From Candidatus Gastranaerophilales bacterium (lineage in GTDB: Bacteria > Cyanobacteriota > Vampirovibrionia > Gastranaerophilales > Gastranaerophilaceae): a DNA stretch of 64,000 nt. Location: positions 22,878 to 86,877 of the forward strand of contig CANQMP010000002.1 of the NCBI GenBank assembly GCA_947624975.1. The letters are read 5' to 3'. The notes beneath the pieces were generated by a model. It worked only from the letters and a program-made list of their open reading frames with translations. It was not told the origin of the DNA and searched no databases. Made by a program: the position numbers and the translations under genes. Of this stretch, positions 9,091 through 19,491 are shown one piece after another (the stretch's first letter is position 1; every line of letters starts with the position of its first letter).

Positions 9091-10323
9091 TTAAAAATTT
9101 TCAACCTGCAAACAAATATCAGTTCGGTATTTTTTCCCTGCAAAATCTATACCGTCAATATCCTCATAGAGTAACGTTCTTGCCCGTGAAAGAGTTTTTG
9201 CAGTTCTGGTTAAAACAAAATTTCTGCCGTTAACGGTTAAATATTCAAGGTACTCGTTCTTTTTTATCGGGAAAAACGTTATATCCGATTCAACATCGTC
9301 CAAACCGTTTATAACGTTGTCTTTTGTTTTGGAAAAAATTACGCATGAAACGGCGGAGTTGTCGGAAATCTTTAAGGTTTCGTAATCGTCTGCGAAAGAG
9401 CCGACGGCACATGCCTCAAAAAGTGTGATAAGATTTTCTTCCGTAATATTTAAAACGGCCTGACAGTCATGGTCTGACAAAAAGCTTTTAAAATCCAAAG
9501 CTATAACTTTATCATCAGCTAAAACGCAGTCCACACCGAGAATTCCTACATACGGCGTTCCTCGTCTTTCAAGTGCGGAAAGAACGTTATTCACAACATT
9601 TTTCATAACACGGGATAGAATATCTTGTGTTATTTTGTAATCAGGAGTGAAAGCACCTGCTCCGGGAGTTAAAATTCCGCCGTCGCCGTCTTCCATGAAT
9701 TTGTAATTTGCCACTGCAGTGAGCGGAATTGCGTTATATCCGTCGGTTATTACATAAAGCGTAAATTCATGACCATAGACGTAATCTTCAAGAACGACTT
9801 TTGTTTCTCCCCTGTTGAATAAGTCCTCAACGAAGGTTTTTGCCGATGAAAACGTTGTGCAAACGAGTCTGTCACAAGAATTTGAACTTTCATCCGTTCT
9901 TATAACCTGCGGCATTTGTGCGTTTTTCAAATAATCAAAAGCCATTTGGGGTTTCTCAAAAACTCCGAAACGAACGGAAGGTATTCTGAGTTTATAGAGA
10001 AATTTTTTGCATGCCGAACGGCTGTAGGTTATTTCGCCTGCCGAAGCTGTCGGTGCAAAAATCATTTGCCCGTTTGACTGAAATAACCCTGCTATGTCGT
10101 TTTTAATCGCGGTTTGCGAAGTCGCAACGGTTAAATCTACCGCATTTTCAAGCACAAATTCAAGAAGTTCTTTCGTGTTTTCTTCTCTAATGTCGACGCA
10201 CTGTGCAATTTGTGCTATACGCTCGTTACCCGGAGCTGCAATAACTTCGCATTCATAAGTCTTTAATTTTTGTATAAGGGCATATTCTTTCGCAGATGAT
10301 CCTACTACTAATATTTTTTTCAT
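9091..10323 (-). CDS. purD: Divergent phosphoribosylamine-glycine ligase (PurD)-like protein
   Basis: Overall GARS layout (APGN, DGD.G, KYRTDI), but most catalytic motifs are substituted. Confidence 0.65.
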   Translation of the reverse strand: MKKILVVGSSAKEYALIQKLKTYECEVIAAPGNERIAQIAQCVDIREENTKELLEFVLENAVDLTVATSQTAIKNDIAGLFQSNGQMIFAPTASAGEITYSRSACKKFLYKLRIPSVRFGVFEKPQMAFDYLKNAQMPQVIRTDESSNSCDRLVCTTFSSAKTFVEDLFNRGETKVVLEDYVYGHEFTLYVITDGYNAIPLTAVANYKFMEDGDGGILTPGAGAFTPDYKITQDILSRVMKNVVNNVLSALERRGTPYVGILGVDCVLADDKVIALDFKSFLSDHDCQAVLNITEENLITLFEACAVGSFADDYETLKISDNSAVSCVIFSKTKDNVINGLDDVESDITFFPIKKNEYLEYLTVNGRNFVLTRTAKTLSRARTLLYEDIDGIDFAGKKYRTDICLQVENF

Positions 10324-10393
10324 AGAAGTATTATAGCAAAAAAAATTATTTATAACATTGATTTAAAAATATCTCATGTGATATAATTTTTTT

Positions 10394-11566
10394 ATGAGCA
10401 TTCCCGTTGTAATTATTTCGGAAGAAAACAGTCTTATCGAGCTTTTGAAGTCGTATGCGGATGAGTCGGAAAATTTTTCATACCTTTCTGCGGCATCTGA
10501 TTTTTCAAAAGCTTATGATGCCGTAAAAGAATTAAAACAGGTTCTTCTCATTGTTGATATCTCAGGATATCAGGAACAGGCTTTAAATTTCGTTTCAAAA
10601 GTTTCCTCGGACTGTCCAAAATGCAGAGTTATAACCCTTTTTGACAAACCCGATACGGATATTGTTATAAGAGCTTTAAGAGTTGGTGCATCGGATTTTG
10701 TTTCTATGCCCGTTATAAAATCGGAGTTTATGAATTCGCTTGAAAAAATTTACAACGATTTGTCGGATAATAATCCTCAAAAATCAAAGTGTCAGGTTAT
10801 TACGGTGTATTCAAACAAGGGCGGAGTCGGAAAAACTTCCGTTGCGGTAAATCTTTCTTATGAACTTGCAAAAATAACAAAAGAAAATGTCGCTCTTATC
10901 GATTTGAACTTTCAGCTCGGCGATGTCGCAACTTTTTTGGATTTGAAACCTTCGTTTAATATATCTTATATGCTTAAAAATCTTGATAAAATAAACGGCG
11001 ATTTTCTCTTATCTACACTTGAAAAATACAAAGACACAAGTCTTTACGTGCTTGCAGACCCGCCTTATATCAAACATACGGAAAAAATTTCATCTAAAGA
11101 TGTTACAAAACTTTTTGATATCTTGAAAGAAACTTTTTCTTACGTGGTTGTTGACACATCGGGCGGTTTTGAAAAAAATGCACTCACTGCCATCGAAAAT
11201 TCCGATTTGGTTTTGCTCGGGGCGATTGTAAATCTTCCTGCGTTAAGAAATTGCCAGAGATGTATTGAATATTTTGAAAAACTCGGTATTGAAAAAGATA
11301 AAATTCAGGTTGTAGTAAACAGATTTTTGGAAAATGATGAAATCAGTTCTGATGATGTAAAAGAGGTTCTCGGCAGAGAGCTTTACTGGAAAATCCCGAA
11401 CAATTATTTTACGATGATGTCGGCGATAAACAAAGGTGTTCCGGTGTCTGATGTAAACCCCGATTCCAATGTCGCTTTGAGCTATAAAAATTTGGCTTTG
11501 AACATTTCTGACAGTATTTATCGCAGAAAAATCGGCAAGGAGGAAAGCTTTGTCAAACAGCAGTAA
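10394..11566 (+). CDS. cpaE: Tad/Flp pilus assembly protein CpaE-like (receiver-like domain plus MinD/ParA ATPase)
   Basis: ALRVGASDF, SNKGGVGKT, LIDLNFQLGD, VVVDT, AINKGVP. Confidence 0.8.
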   Translation: MSIPVVIISEENSLIELLKSYADESENFSYLSAASDFSKAYDAVKELKQVLLIVDISGYQEQALNFVSKVSSDCPKCRVITLFDKPDTDIVIRALRVGASDFVSMPVIKSEFMNSLEKIYNDLSDNNPQKSKCQVITVYSNKGGVGKTSVAVNLSYELAKITKENVALIDLNFQLGDVATFLDLKPSFNISYMLKNLDKINGDFLLSTLEKYKDTSLYVLADPPYIKHTEKISSKDVTKLFDILKETFSYVVVDTSGGFEKNALTAIENSDLVLLGAIVNLPALRNCQRCIEYFEKLGIEKDKIQVVVNRFLENDEISSDDVKEVLGRELYWKIPNNYFTMMSAINKGVPVSDVNPDSNVALSYKNLALNISDSIYRRKIGKEESFVKQQ

Positions 11567-12599
11567 ACTAAGTTCTCGTTTTGCGGATGAAGAAGTTTAT
11601 GAAGAAGTTCCCGAAAGTCGGGAAGAAGTTTCGCCTGCCGTAGAGGATGATATACCCGATGTTATTTTAAAAGATAAATTACTGGAAAAGGTTGAAGGTA
11701 TTCCGATTTGGTTTGATTATTCAGAGCAAAAACAAAAGGAATTGATATCATCTTTTGTTGAAAACAATGCAAAAGATTTTCCGGACAAATCGGAACTTGT
11801 TGAAAAACTTTTTAAGACGGTGAGCGGTTTCGGGTTAATCCAAAATCTTATTGAAAACGATGACGTCCAAAAAATTTATCTTAACGGAACTAAAACGATT
11901 TACGTTCAAAAGGGTTCAGAAGTTGTTACATCAGGGATTAAGCCTAATGAAAAAGAATTTGTGTTTATAAAAAATGCTCTTTCTCAAAAAAGTAAAGGAT
12001 TTTCGGTAAACGTAATTGATGAAAACTGTATAGTTATTGAAAAAATTAAACATTACAATATTGAAACCCTTATAAATGAAAACTTTATCACCTCCGAGCA
12101 GTTTGATTTTCTTGTGAAAACGGTTAAGGACGGTAAAAATATCGTGATATCGGGCGGTATAAGCTCGGGTAAGACGAAATTGACGGACTGTCTGGTTAAT
12201 TGTGCGGACGAAAGATGTGTATTAATCGAGGACAAATCGCAGATAGAGTCGGATTTTGACGGGCTTGTAAAACTTTCTGCAGATAGAAACGGGCTTGAAG
12301 ATACAATTACATCGGCTGTCAGATTATCGCCGAAATTTATTTTTGCTGATTTGAATTTGCCGTGTTTTTGCGAGAGAAAAGGCGTTTTGTTTACGCTCCG
12401 TTCGTATTCGCTTGAAAATACAATTAACAGGCTTTGCGGGTACTATTGTGAAAAATATTCTCTCAAATCTGCGAGAGCGGAAATCCTTGATATTATTGAT
12501 TATGTTGTCTTTATTAAAGATAATCGGGTTACGATAGCACAACTTTCCCCTGCTAAAACATCGACTGCTCAAGTTAAGATATTAAGCGATTACCAATAA
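11550..12599 (+). CDS. cpaF: CpaF/TadA-like secretion ATPase, degenerate
   Basis: GFGLIQNLIE.DDV..I.LNG, ISGGISSGKT Walker A, IED Asp box; Walker B and His box eroded. Confidence 0.6.
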   Translation: MSNSSKLSSRFADEEVYEEVPESREEVSPAVEDDIPDVILKDKLLEKVEGIPIWFDYSEQKQKELISSFVENNAKDFPDKSELVEKLFKTVSGFGLIQNLIENDDVQKIYLNGTKTIYVQKGSEVVTSGIKPNEKEFVFIKNALSQKSKGFSVNVIDENCIVIEKIKHYNIETLINENFITSEQFDFLVKTVKDGKNIVISGGISSGKTKLTDCLVNCADERCVLIEDKSQIESDFDGLVKLSADRNGLEDTITSAVRLSPKFIFADLNLPCFCERKGVLFTLRSYSLENTINRLCGYYCEKYSLKSARAEILDIIDYVVFIKDNRVTIAQLSPAKTSTAQVKILSDYQ

Positions 12600-12625
12600 A
12601 TTTTGTTTTGTTATAAAATACCGTT

Positions 12626-14614
12626 ATGGACAGAAAATTTAAAATTTCTTCAAAATACAAACCTGCGGGCGACCAGCCAAAAGCCATAGATGAACTTGTC
12701 GAAGGGATTAATAACGGCGAAGATTCTCAAACTCTTTTGGGGATAACGGGGTCGGGCAAGACTTTTACGATAGCAAACGTGATAGAACGGGTTCAAAAGC
12801 CGACACTCATTATCGCCCACAACAAAACGCTTGCGGCACAGTTGTATAACGAGTTTAAAGAATTGTTCCCCGATAATGCTGTTGAATATTTCATAAGTTA
12901 TTACGATTACTATCAGCCCGAAGCTTACATTCCGAGAACGGATACATTTATCGAAAAATCCGCCTCGATAAACGAAGAAATTGACAGACTTCGACATAAT
13001 TCTACAAGAAGTCTTTATGAGCGAAATGACGTTATAATTGTCGCCTCTGTAAGCTGTATTTACGGTTTGGGACTGCCTGAAAATTATTTCAGAGGTTCGG
13101 TTGAAATAAATGTCGGGGATGAAATTGCCCGTGATGACTTGCTAAGACATCTTGTAAGTGTCAGATATACCAGAAATGATTTGGTTCTTGAACGTTCGAC
13201 TTTCCGTGCGAGAGGCGATATTGTTGAAATCATGCCAGCGTATGAAAAAATCGTAACGAGAATTTATTTCTTTGGCGATGAGGTGGAAAAAATCGTTAGA
13301 ATTGACAACCTAACGGGCGAAATTCTGGAAATTCCCGATAAAGTCGTCATTTATCCTGCCGTTCACTACATTTCTTACGATGAAAATGTTGATGAAACAA
13401 TAGCTTTAATCCGTCAGGAACTCCAACAGCGTTTAGCCGAGCTTAATTCAGAAAACAAATTGGTGGAAGCTCAAAGGCTTGAACAGCGTGTTAAATATGA
13501 CATTGAGATGATAAAAGAGATGGGTTATTGTTCGGGAATTGAAAATTATTCGAGAATAATAGAAAGACGTCCGATAGGTTCAGCTCCTGCTACGCTTTTA
13601 GACTATTTTCAGGGAGATTTTTTAACGGTTATTGATGAATCTCACGTGACTTTACCTCAGCTTAAAGGTATGTATCACGGCGATTCTTCAAGAAAAAATA
13701 CGCTGATAGAATACGGATTTCGTCTGCCTTGTGCAAGAGATAACAGACCGCTTAAAAATGAAGAATTTTTCAAAAAAGTTCATCAAAAAATTTATATTTC
13801 AGCGACGCCTTCAGAGTTTGAAAGAAGTACGTCATCAAGAATAGTAGAACAAATTATCCGTCCGACAGGGCTTGTCGACCCGAAAATTTCCGTTCGTCCG
13901 ATAATTTCTCAGATAGAAGATTTGAAAAAAGAAATTCAAAAACGTTCCGAAAAGAATGAACGTGTTCTTATTACAACGCTTACCAAAAGAATGGCTGAGG
14001 ATTTGACGGATTATTTTGTGCAGGAAGGAATTCGTGTGAGATACCTTCACAGTGAAATTCAATCTCTTGAACGTGTGGAAATTCTAAGGGATTTACGTTT
14101 GGGAGAATTTGACGTTCTTATCGGAGTAAATTTGTTAAGAGAAGGGCTTGATATCCCCGAAGTTTCTCTCGTCGCTATTATGGATGCGGATAAAGAGGGC
14201 TTTTTGCGTTCCGAAACGAGCCTTATACAAACAATAGGGCGTGCCGCACGTAACGCTTGCGGTGAAGTTATTATGTACGCCGACAGAATGACAGAGTCAA
14301 TGGAAAAAGCTATTTCCGAAACCGAACGCAGACGTACAATTCAGCTTGAATATAACAAAAAATACGGAATTATTCCGCAAACGATTAAAAAACCGATAGA
14401 AAATAATCTTCTCTCGCTTGTTGCAAGTTACAGGGATTTGGAAGATATAGTTGCCGAAGAAATGGTTGAAATGGGAATTGATAAAAAAGATTTGCCCAAA
14501 CTTATCGAACGGCTTGAAAAAGATATGCACAAAGCCGCAAAAATTCTTGATTTTGAACGTGCGGCAGAAATCAGAGATAAGCTCAAAAAACTCAGAGAGA
14601 TGGCGGGAAGTTAA
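12626..14614 (+). CDS. uvrB: Excinuclease ABC subunit B
   Basis: [41 protein letters not shown] region, C-terminal UVR motif. Confidence 0.98.
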   Translation: MDRKFKISSKYKPAGDQPKAIDELVEGINNGEDSQTLLGITGSGKTFTIANVIERVQKPTLIIAHNKTLAAQLYNEFKELFPDNAVEYFISYYDYYQPEAYIPRTDTFIEKSASINEEIDRLRHNSTRSLYERNDVIIVASVSCIYGLGLPENYFRGSVEINVGDEIARDDLLRHLVSVRYTRNDLVLERSTFRARGDIVEIMPAYEKIVTRIYFFGDEVEKIVRIDNLTGEILEIPDKVVIYPAVHYISYDENVDETIALIRQELQQRLAELNSENKLVEAQRLEQRVKYDIEMIKEMGYCSGIENYSRIIERRPIGSAPATLLDYFQGDFLTVIDESHVTLPQLKGMYHGDSSRKNTLIEYGFRLPCARDNRPLKNEEFFKKVHQKIYISATPSEFERSTSSRIVEQIIRPTGLVDPKISVRPIISQIEDLKKEIQKRSEKNERVLITTLTKRMAEDLTDYFVQEGIRVRYLHSEIQSLERVEILRDLRLGEFDVLIGVNLLREGLDIPEVSLVAIMDADKEGFLRSETSLIQTIGRAARNACGEVIMYADRMTESMEKAISETERRRTIQLEYNKKYGIIPQTIKKPIENNLLSLVASYRDLEDIVAEEMVEMGIDKKDLPKLIERLEKDMHKAAKILDFERAAEIRDKLKKLREMAGS

Positions 14615-15662
14615 TCGGGATTTTTACCGTAAAGGTCGTTTCTTCGGGAACACTTTTAACGCTTATTTCGCCGTTGTGCATTTTTACAAGTTCTTTGGTT
14701 ATGGTTAACCCTAAACCCGTTGAGGAATTTTTACTTTCGCCAAGCTGTTCAAATTTTTCAAATATTTTTTCATAATTTTCTTCGGAAATCCCTTTGCCGT
14801 CGTCGTTTACTGATATAACGGCAAAATTATCCTCCTGTTTGAGTTTTATCAGAATTTCCTTTTTAGCGTATTTTATTGCGTTACTCAAAAGATTAAACAA
14901 AATTTGCTGAAATTTTTGATAATCAGCCTTAATTGTACAATTTTTAATCTCGGTTTTTAAATTAATATTTTTGTTTAAAATTAAGGGTTTTAGAGTGTTC
15001 AAAACTTCATACACGGCAGTTTCCGTTTCAAATTCTCTTAAATTCAACGTCATTGAACCAGCCTCAATTTTTGACATGTCCAAAATTTCGTTAACCATTT
15101 CCAAAAGCCTTAACCCTGCTATCTTGATATCATTTATGTATTCGGATTGTTTGCCGTTGAGTTCGCCCGCAAGCCCGACAAGTTCCGTAAAGCCCAAAAT
15201 GGAATTCAGCGGAGTGCGAAGTTCATGCGATACGTGAGATAAAAAATTCGTTTTGATTTCTTCGGCTTTTCTGAGTTTTCCGTTAATTTTTGCCAGAGAT
15301 TTTGAATGAAGATTAATAATATCAAGAATTTCAATATTTTTTATTACGTCTGATATTATTGAGGTGCATAAATCAAAAAGTTCTTCATCCTTTTCGGTAA
15401 AATTTTCTCCTTTTAAAATGATTTCGCCGAATTTTACAGTTCGGTATATTAAATCCCCCCTAAGACAATTCCCTTCGATATCTTGCGGGGTTTTTGCTTT
15501 GGCATTGTAAGAATATTTGAGTTTAACGGGCGGAACGTAAAATATATAGCCCTCCTCAAACGGGATAATTTTTTTAAGCAAATCAAAGATTTCATCGCCT
15601 GCCTGCTCTGAATTGTTTATAAGAAAAAATTCCTTAATGTATTTAAGCTCTTTCAAATTCAT
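14592..15662 (-). CDS. Soluble sensor histidine kinase (HisKA plus HATPase)
   Basis: [28 protein letters not shown]; no obvious transmembrane segment. Confidence 0.9.
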   Translation of the reverse strand: MNLKELKYIKEFFLINNSEQAGDEIFDLLKKIIPFEEGYIFYVPPVKLKYSYNAKAKTPQDIEGNCLRGDLIYRTVKFGEIILKGENFTEKDEELFDLCTSIISDVIKNIEILDIINLHSKSLAKINGKLRKAEEIKTNFLSHVSHELRTPLNSILGFTELVGLAGELNGKQSEYINDIKIAGLRLLEMVNEILDMSKIEAGSMTLNLREFETETAVYEVLNTLKPLILNKNINLKTEIKNCTIKADYQKFQQILFNLLSNAIKYAKKEILIKLKQEDNFAVISVNDDGKGISEENYEKIFEKFEQLGESKNSSTGLGLTITKELVKMHNGEISVKSVPEETTFTVKIPINFPPSL

Positions 15663-16182
15663 CTCCGTCTAAATATCCGATGTAACGCAGATTTCTGTAA
15701 TATCCGTCAAAATCAAGTCCGTATCCCACAAGAAATTTGTCATCGACTTCAAAACAGAAATAATCCGGTTCAATATCCGCTTTGCGTGCAGTTTTTTTGT
15801 CAAGAAGCGAACAAAATTTTGTTGATTTAGTATGGAAATTGCAGTTTAGAAAATCTATAAGAAATTTTGCCGTAAGTCCCGTATCAACGATATCTTCCAC
15901 TATTAAAACATTTTTTCCGTTTAAATCGGGCAGAGAAATGTCAACCGCATTAACTTTTCCCGTCGTACTCGTTCCTCCGTTGTAACTTGAAAGCCTTATA
16001 AATTCCAATTTAACAGGCATGTTAAGATGCTTTACCAAATCAGTGCAAAACATTACCGCACCCTTTAAAACGCATACCACATAAACTTCTTCGTTATTAT
16101 AAAATGCGTTCATTTTTTCCGCAAGAAGTTTTATGTTTAATTGAATTTCTTCTTCGGTGTACAAAACTTTCGGATTTTTCAT
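15643..16182 (-). CDS. hpt: Hypoxanthine phosphoribosyltransferase
   Basis: VLKGA, LIVEDIVDTGLT, FLVGYGLD, YRNL. Confidence 0.95.
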   Translation of the reverse strand: MKNPKVLYTEEEIQLNIKLLAEKMNAFYNNEEVYVVCVLKGAVMFCTDLVKHLNMPVKLEFIRLSSYNGGTSTTGKVNAVDISLPDLNGKNVLIVEDIVDTGLTAKFLIDFLNCNFHTKSTKFCSLLDKKTARKADIEPDYFCFEVDDKFLVGYGLDFDGYYRNLRYIGYLDGDEFERA

Positions 16183-17447
16183 GATTTACCTCTTAAACTG
16201 ATTACGTGTGTCGACTTTTGATTAACTTTTATATTTTCGCTGATACCGACTCCGGCTGCCCAGAGAACTTCGCTGCCTTTACACAAAAATACAAGCTCAT
16301 CTCTTTTGTGGAGCGGAATTTTCTTTTCGTTCAAATATTTTTTAAGCTTTTGAGAACCGTTTGCCCCCAACGGATAAATTTTATCGCCGTCTTTGCGGTG
16401 CCTAAGCACAAAATCAATTTTGCCCGTATTTATGTAAGCTTTGAAATCACTGTCTGCGGGATATGTTTTTACCTCTTTTTCAACGGGAATTATCTCAAAA
16501 ATTTTGTTATCAAACTCATATTTGCCTTCGGATGTGATATGAATTTCCGAGCTGTTTTTTTCTTTTTTTGAAATAATTTCCGTCCCTTTAACGTTTGTAA
16601 ACAGCCATAAATTTGAACTTAAAGACATCTTTTTACCGCATTTTGAATTTTTATTTTCGTTTATAAATTTTTGGATATCCGCAATTTTCTTTTTATCATA
16701 TTCGATATTGTGTTCGCAAAGAATTCTTTGAATAAGTTTCTTTTGTCCTGCGGGTTTTGATTTGTTCAAGTCTTTTGGCAAACAGTCGTTAATAATTTCG
16801 TTATCTTCTTTTGCAAGTTCGCTCAAAGAATTTAAAGCCTCACTGACTTTCGGATTAATTTTTCGCATAAGAGGCAAAATCTCATGTCTGATAAAATTTC
16901 TGTTGTATTTAACATCGTAATTTGAGCTGTCTTTGTTTGGGAAAAGTAAGTTTTTGGCACAATAAGCTTCAATATCTTCTCTTTTTACGGACAAAAGCGG
17001 TCTGTAAAATATGTCACGATTTTCTGCAATCCCTTGCAGTCCGATACTTCCCGTACCTTTGATAATCCTGTATAATACGGTTTCTGCATTGTCATCAAAA
17101 TTATGTGCCGTAAAAACCACGTTGGATTTGAATTTTTCCGCACACCGTTTAAAAAATTCATACCTTGCTTCACGTGCGGCGGTTTCGGTTTTTTCGATAT
17201 CGTCAGGCATGACTTCCGAATAGAATTTTATTTTGCGGGATTTTGCAAAATTTTCGCAATTTTTTGCTTCCGCCAAACTCTCTTGTACCCGCCAGTTGTG
17301 GTTTAAGTGTACTGCAACAAGGTCATATTTGAGCTTGTGCAAAACATCCAACAGACACATTGAGTCGTAACCGCCCGAAAACGCAACGATGAATGTGCCT
17401 GAAAGTTCGTGTTTTTTTATAAAATTCCTGACGGTTTCCTTAATCAA
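16179..17447 (-). CDS. tilS: tRNA(Ile)-lysidine synthetase
   Basis: AFSGGYDS PP-loop, AREARY, TAHNFDD.AET, RNFIRH; adjacent to hpt. Confidence 0.93.
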   Translation of the reverse strand: MIKETVRNFIKKHELSGTFIVAFSGGYDSMCLLDVLHKLKYDLVAVHLNHNWRVQESLAEAKNCENFAKSRKIKFYSEVMPDDIEKTETAAREARYEFFKRCAEKFKSNVVFTAHNFDDNAETVLYRIIKGTGSIGLQGIAENRDIFYRPLLSVKREDIEAYCAKNLLFPNKDSSNYDVKYNRNFIRHEILPLMRKINPKVSEALNSLSELAKEDNEIINDCLPKDLNKSKPAGQKKLIQRILCEHNIEYDKKKIADIQKFINENKNSKCGKKMSLSSNLWLFTNVKGTEIISKKEKNSSEIHITSEGKYEFDNKIFEIIPVEKEVKTYPADSDFKAYINTGKIDFVLRHRKDGDKIYPLGANGSQKLKKYLNEKKIPLHKRDELVFLCKGSEVLWAAGVGISENIKVNQKSTHVISLRGKS

Positions 17448-18814
17448 TTCTGAGCCTCTTGAAATTTTTTAACGCCTTCTCTTATTTCAACGGCATCAAC
17501 ACCGAGCTGCTCAAGAGCTTTCATCGCAAGTGAATTGGGTTCGGTTGTAAGGGCAAGAAGCATGTGAGCCGATTCGATTTTTTGTTTTTTATCTTTTTTG
17601 GCAAGCTCCCAGGCTGTTTCCAGTACACGTTTTGCCCGTTCGGTGAATACAATTTGCTTGTCATAGTATTCGTTTCCGAAACCGATTAAATTTTCGACTT
17701 CCGTGCGGGCATCTTTAATATTTATTTCAAGATCGCTCAATACCTGAGTTCCGATACCCGTACCCTCGCCGATTATGCCGAGCAGAAGCATTTCCGTTCC
17801 GACAATGTTTCTTCCGAGCCTTCTTGCTTCTTCTTTGGCAAGTCTTAGTATCGTAAGTGTTTCAGGCATCTGCTTTTCAATAGGTTTAATTATGCTGTGA
17901 GCCAAATCATCATCCGGAATTTTTAATTCTTTAAGAATTTCGTATGCTATTCCTCGTTTTGTTTTTAAAAGTCCAAGAACTATGTGTTCGGGCAGGACAA
18001 CCGATGAACCGAGTTCTTTTGCCGTTTGAAGTGCCATATTCATCGTTTTGAAGGCGTTAGGAGTGAAAATTATTTGTCTGCCTTCGTATTCAGCCTGACG
18101 GTTTTGTATATTTGCAAGTTTTTCTTCAAAATTTTCGCTCGTAACTCCGAATTTCTCAAATATTTGCGATAATTGAGAATTTTTATCCTCCAAAATAGAA
18201 GATAAAATTTGTTCTGTTCCCAAAATTTCGTAATTAGAAGCACAAAGCTTTGATACTGCACGCTTAAATACGGCGGATGCTTCCTCACTGTCAAATATAT
18301 TGTCGGTTTCCTGAGCTTTGTTGCCTTCTTTATCTTTGTTATCATCAATTTCAGGGTGATAAAGACGTTTTACTTTCTTTTGAACAAGTTTTTCGAGCAA
18401 AATTTTGGATTTATAAATATCAAACCCCAAATTCTCCAGTATTTTCACGTTGTTTGACTTTTTATCGGAAAGTACCGAAAGAAATAAATGTTCGTACAAA
18501 ATTGACGGATTTCCCGATTTGTTTGCCAAATCCAGAGCTTTTTTAAGAATTTCTTTGTATTCAACCTCAAACGGCAAAGGCTGTGTGCTGCCGCTTTTTA
18601 AGGAAGTGTAATGCTGATAATGGCTTATTTCATCGACTAAATCCTCTCTTGTGATATTAAAGGATTTAAAAATTTTCAAAGAAATCCCTTTGGCTTCGTC
18701 AAAAAGTGCCAGCAAAAGATGTTCGGGGGCGACTTTTCTCGCTCCCGTTTCTTTCGCTAAGGTTTGTGATGCACTGACTACGTTTATTGCTTTTTCGGTA
18801 AATTTTTCAAACAA
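17444..18814 (-). CDS. Clp N-terminal repeat protein (six Clp repeats, no AAA+ domain)
   Basis: MFEKFTEKAI..EHLLLAL; EEARRLGRNIVGTEMLLLGIIGEGTG; FTERAKRVLE; no Walker A; TTG start. Confidence 0.85.
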   Translation of the reverse strand: MFEKFTEKAINVVSASQTLAKETGARKVAPEHLLLALFDEAKGISLKIFKSFNITREDLVDEISHYQHYTSLKSGSTQPLPFEVEYKEILKKALDLANKSGNPSILYEHLFLSVLSDKKSNNVKILENLGFDIYKSKILLEKLVQKKVKRLYHPEIDDNKDKEGNKAQETDNIFDSEEASAVFKRAVSKLCASNYEILGTEQILSSILEDKNSQLSQIFEKFGVTSENFEEKLANIQNRQAEYEGRQIIFTPNAFKTMNMALQTAKELGSSVVLPEHIVLGLLKTKRGIAYEILKELKIPDDDLAHSIIKPIEKQMPETLTILRLAKEEARRLGRNIVGTEMLLLGIIGEGTGIGTQVLSDLEINIKDARTEVENLIGFGNEYYDKQIVFTERAKRVLETAWELAKKDKKQKIESAHMLLALTTEPNSLAMKALEQLGVDAVEIREGVKKFQEAQN

Positions 18815-18817
18815 AAC

Positions 18818-19072
18818 TTATTCCTCGTCATCTAAACTTTCTACATACTGTGCGACTCTTTCAAATTCATCGTCATCGTCAATGGTTTCAAACAGGTATT
18901 CATCTCCGTTTTTGGTTAACTTCATCAAAACAAGCTCATTTGAGTCATCTTCATCATCAAGAGGCAAAAGGAGTGCATATTCCTGATTTTCCATTTCTAC
19001 AATGTCGTATAATTCAAATTTTACGACTTCGCCGTTTTCATCAATGGTTTCAATAATTTGGTCGTTCTCCAT
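18818..19072 (-). CDS. DUF1292-like small acidic protein
   Basis: IETIDENGEVVKFE..YALLLP..EFERVAQ; next to ruvX as in many bacteria. Confidence 0.75.
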   Translation of the reverse strand: MENDQIIETIDENGEVVKFELYDIVEMENQEYALLLPLDDEDDSNELVLMKLTKNGDEYLFETIDDDDEFERVAQYVESLDDEE

Positions 19073-19089
19073 AGTTTTTTTCCCTTTCT

Positions 19090-19491
19090 TTAGTTTCTGT
19101 TTAAGTATTGTTCAAGTATAATTCTGGCACTTTCAATATCGACAAGCCCTTTATTTTTGCGAAAATCTATCTTTTTGCTGCGAAGATTTTCTTCTGCCGT
19201 GTCTGATGTCAGTCTTTCATCTTCAAAAATTATTTCATAATCTTCAATTTTTGATGCGAAATTTTTGCAGTCCTGGGCTTGAAAACCTTGCGTTCCGTCC
19301 ATATTGTAAGGTATGCCGATTACAATTTTTTTTACGTTGTTTTCTTTTGCAATTTTTTGAATTTCACCAAGAGCTTTGGTTTCGGGTTCTCTCATAATGC
19401 ATGAATGACCGTTTGCAAGCACAAGAAGATAGTCGCTTAGTGCTACGCCTATTCTTTTTGTGCCTATATCAAGTGCCATTACCTTGTACAT
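19090..19491 (-). CDS. ruvX: Holliday junction resolvase-like / pre-16S rRNA nuclease YqgF
   Basis: ALDIGTKRIGVALSD, IVIGIP, DERLTS, DIESARIILEQY; ATG at 19491 overlaps the upstream TAA. Confidence 0.92.
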   Translation of the reverse strand: MYKVMALDIGTKRIGVALSDYLLVLANGHSCIMREPETKALGEIQKIAKENNVKKIVIGIPYNMDGTQGFQAQDCKNFASKIEDYEIIFEDERLTSDTAEENLRSKKIDFRKNKGLVDIESARIILEQYLNRN

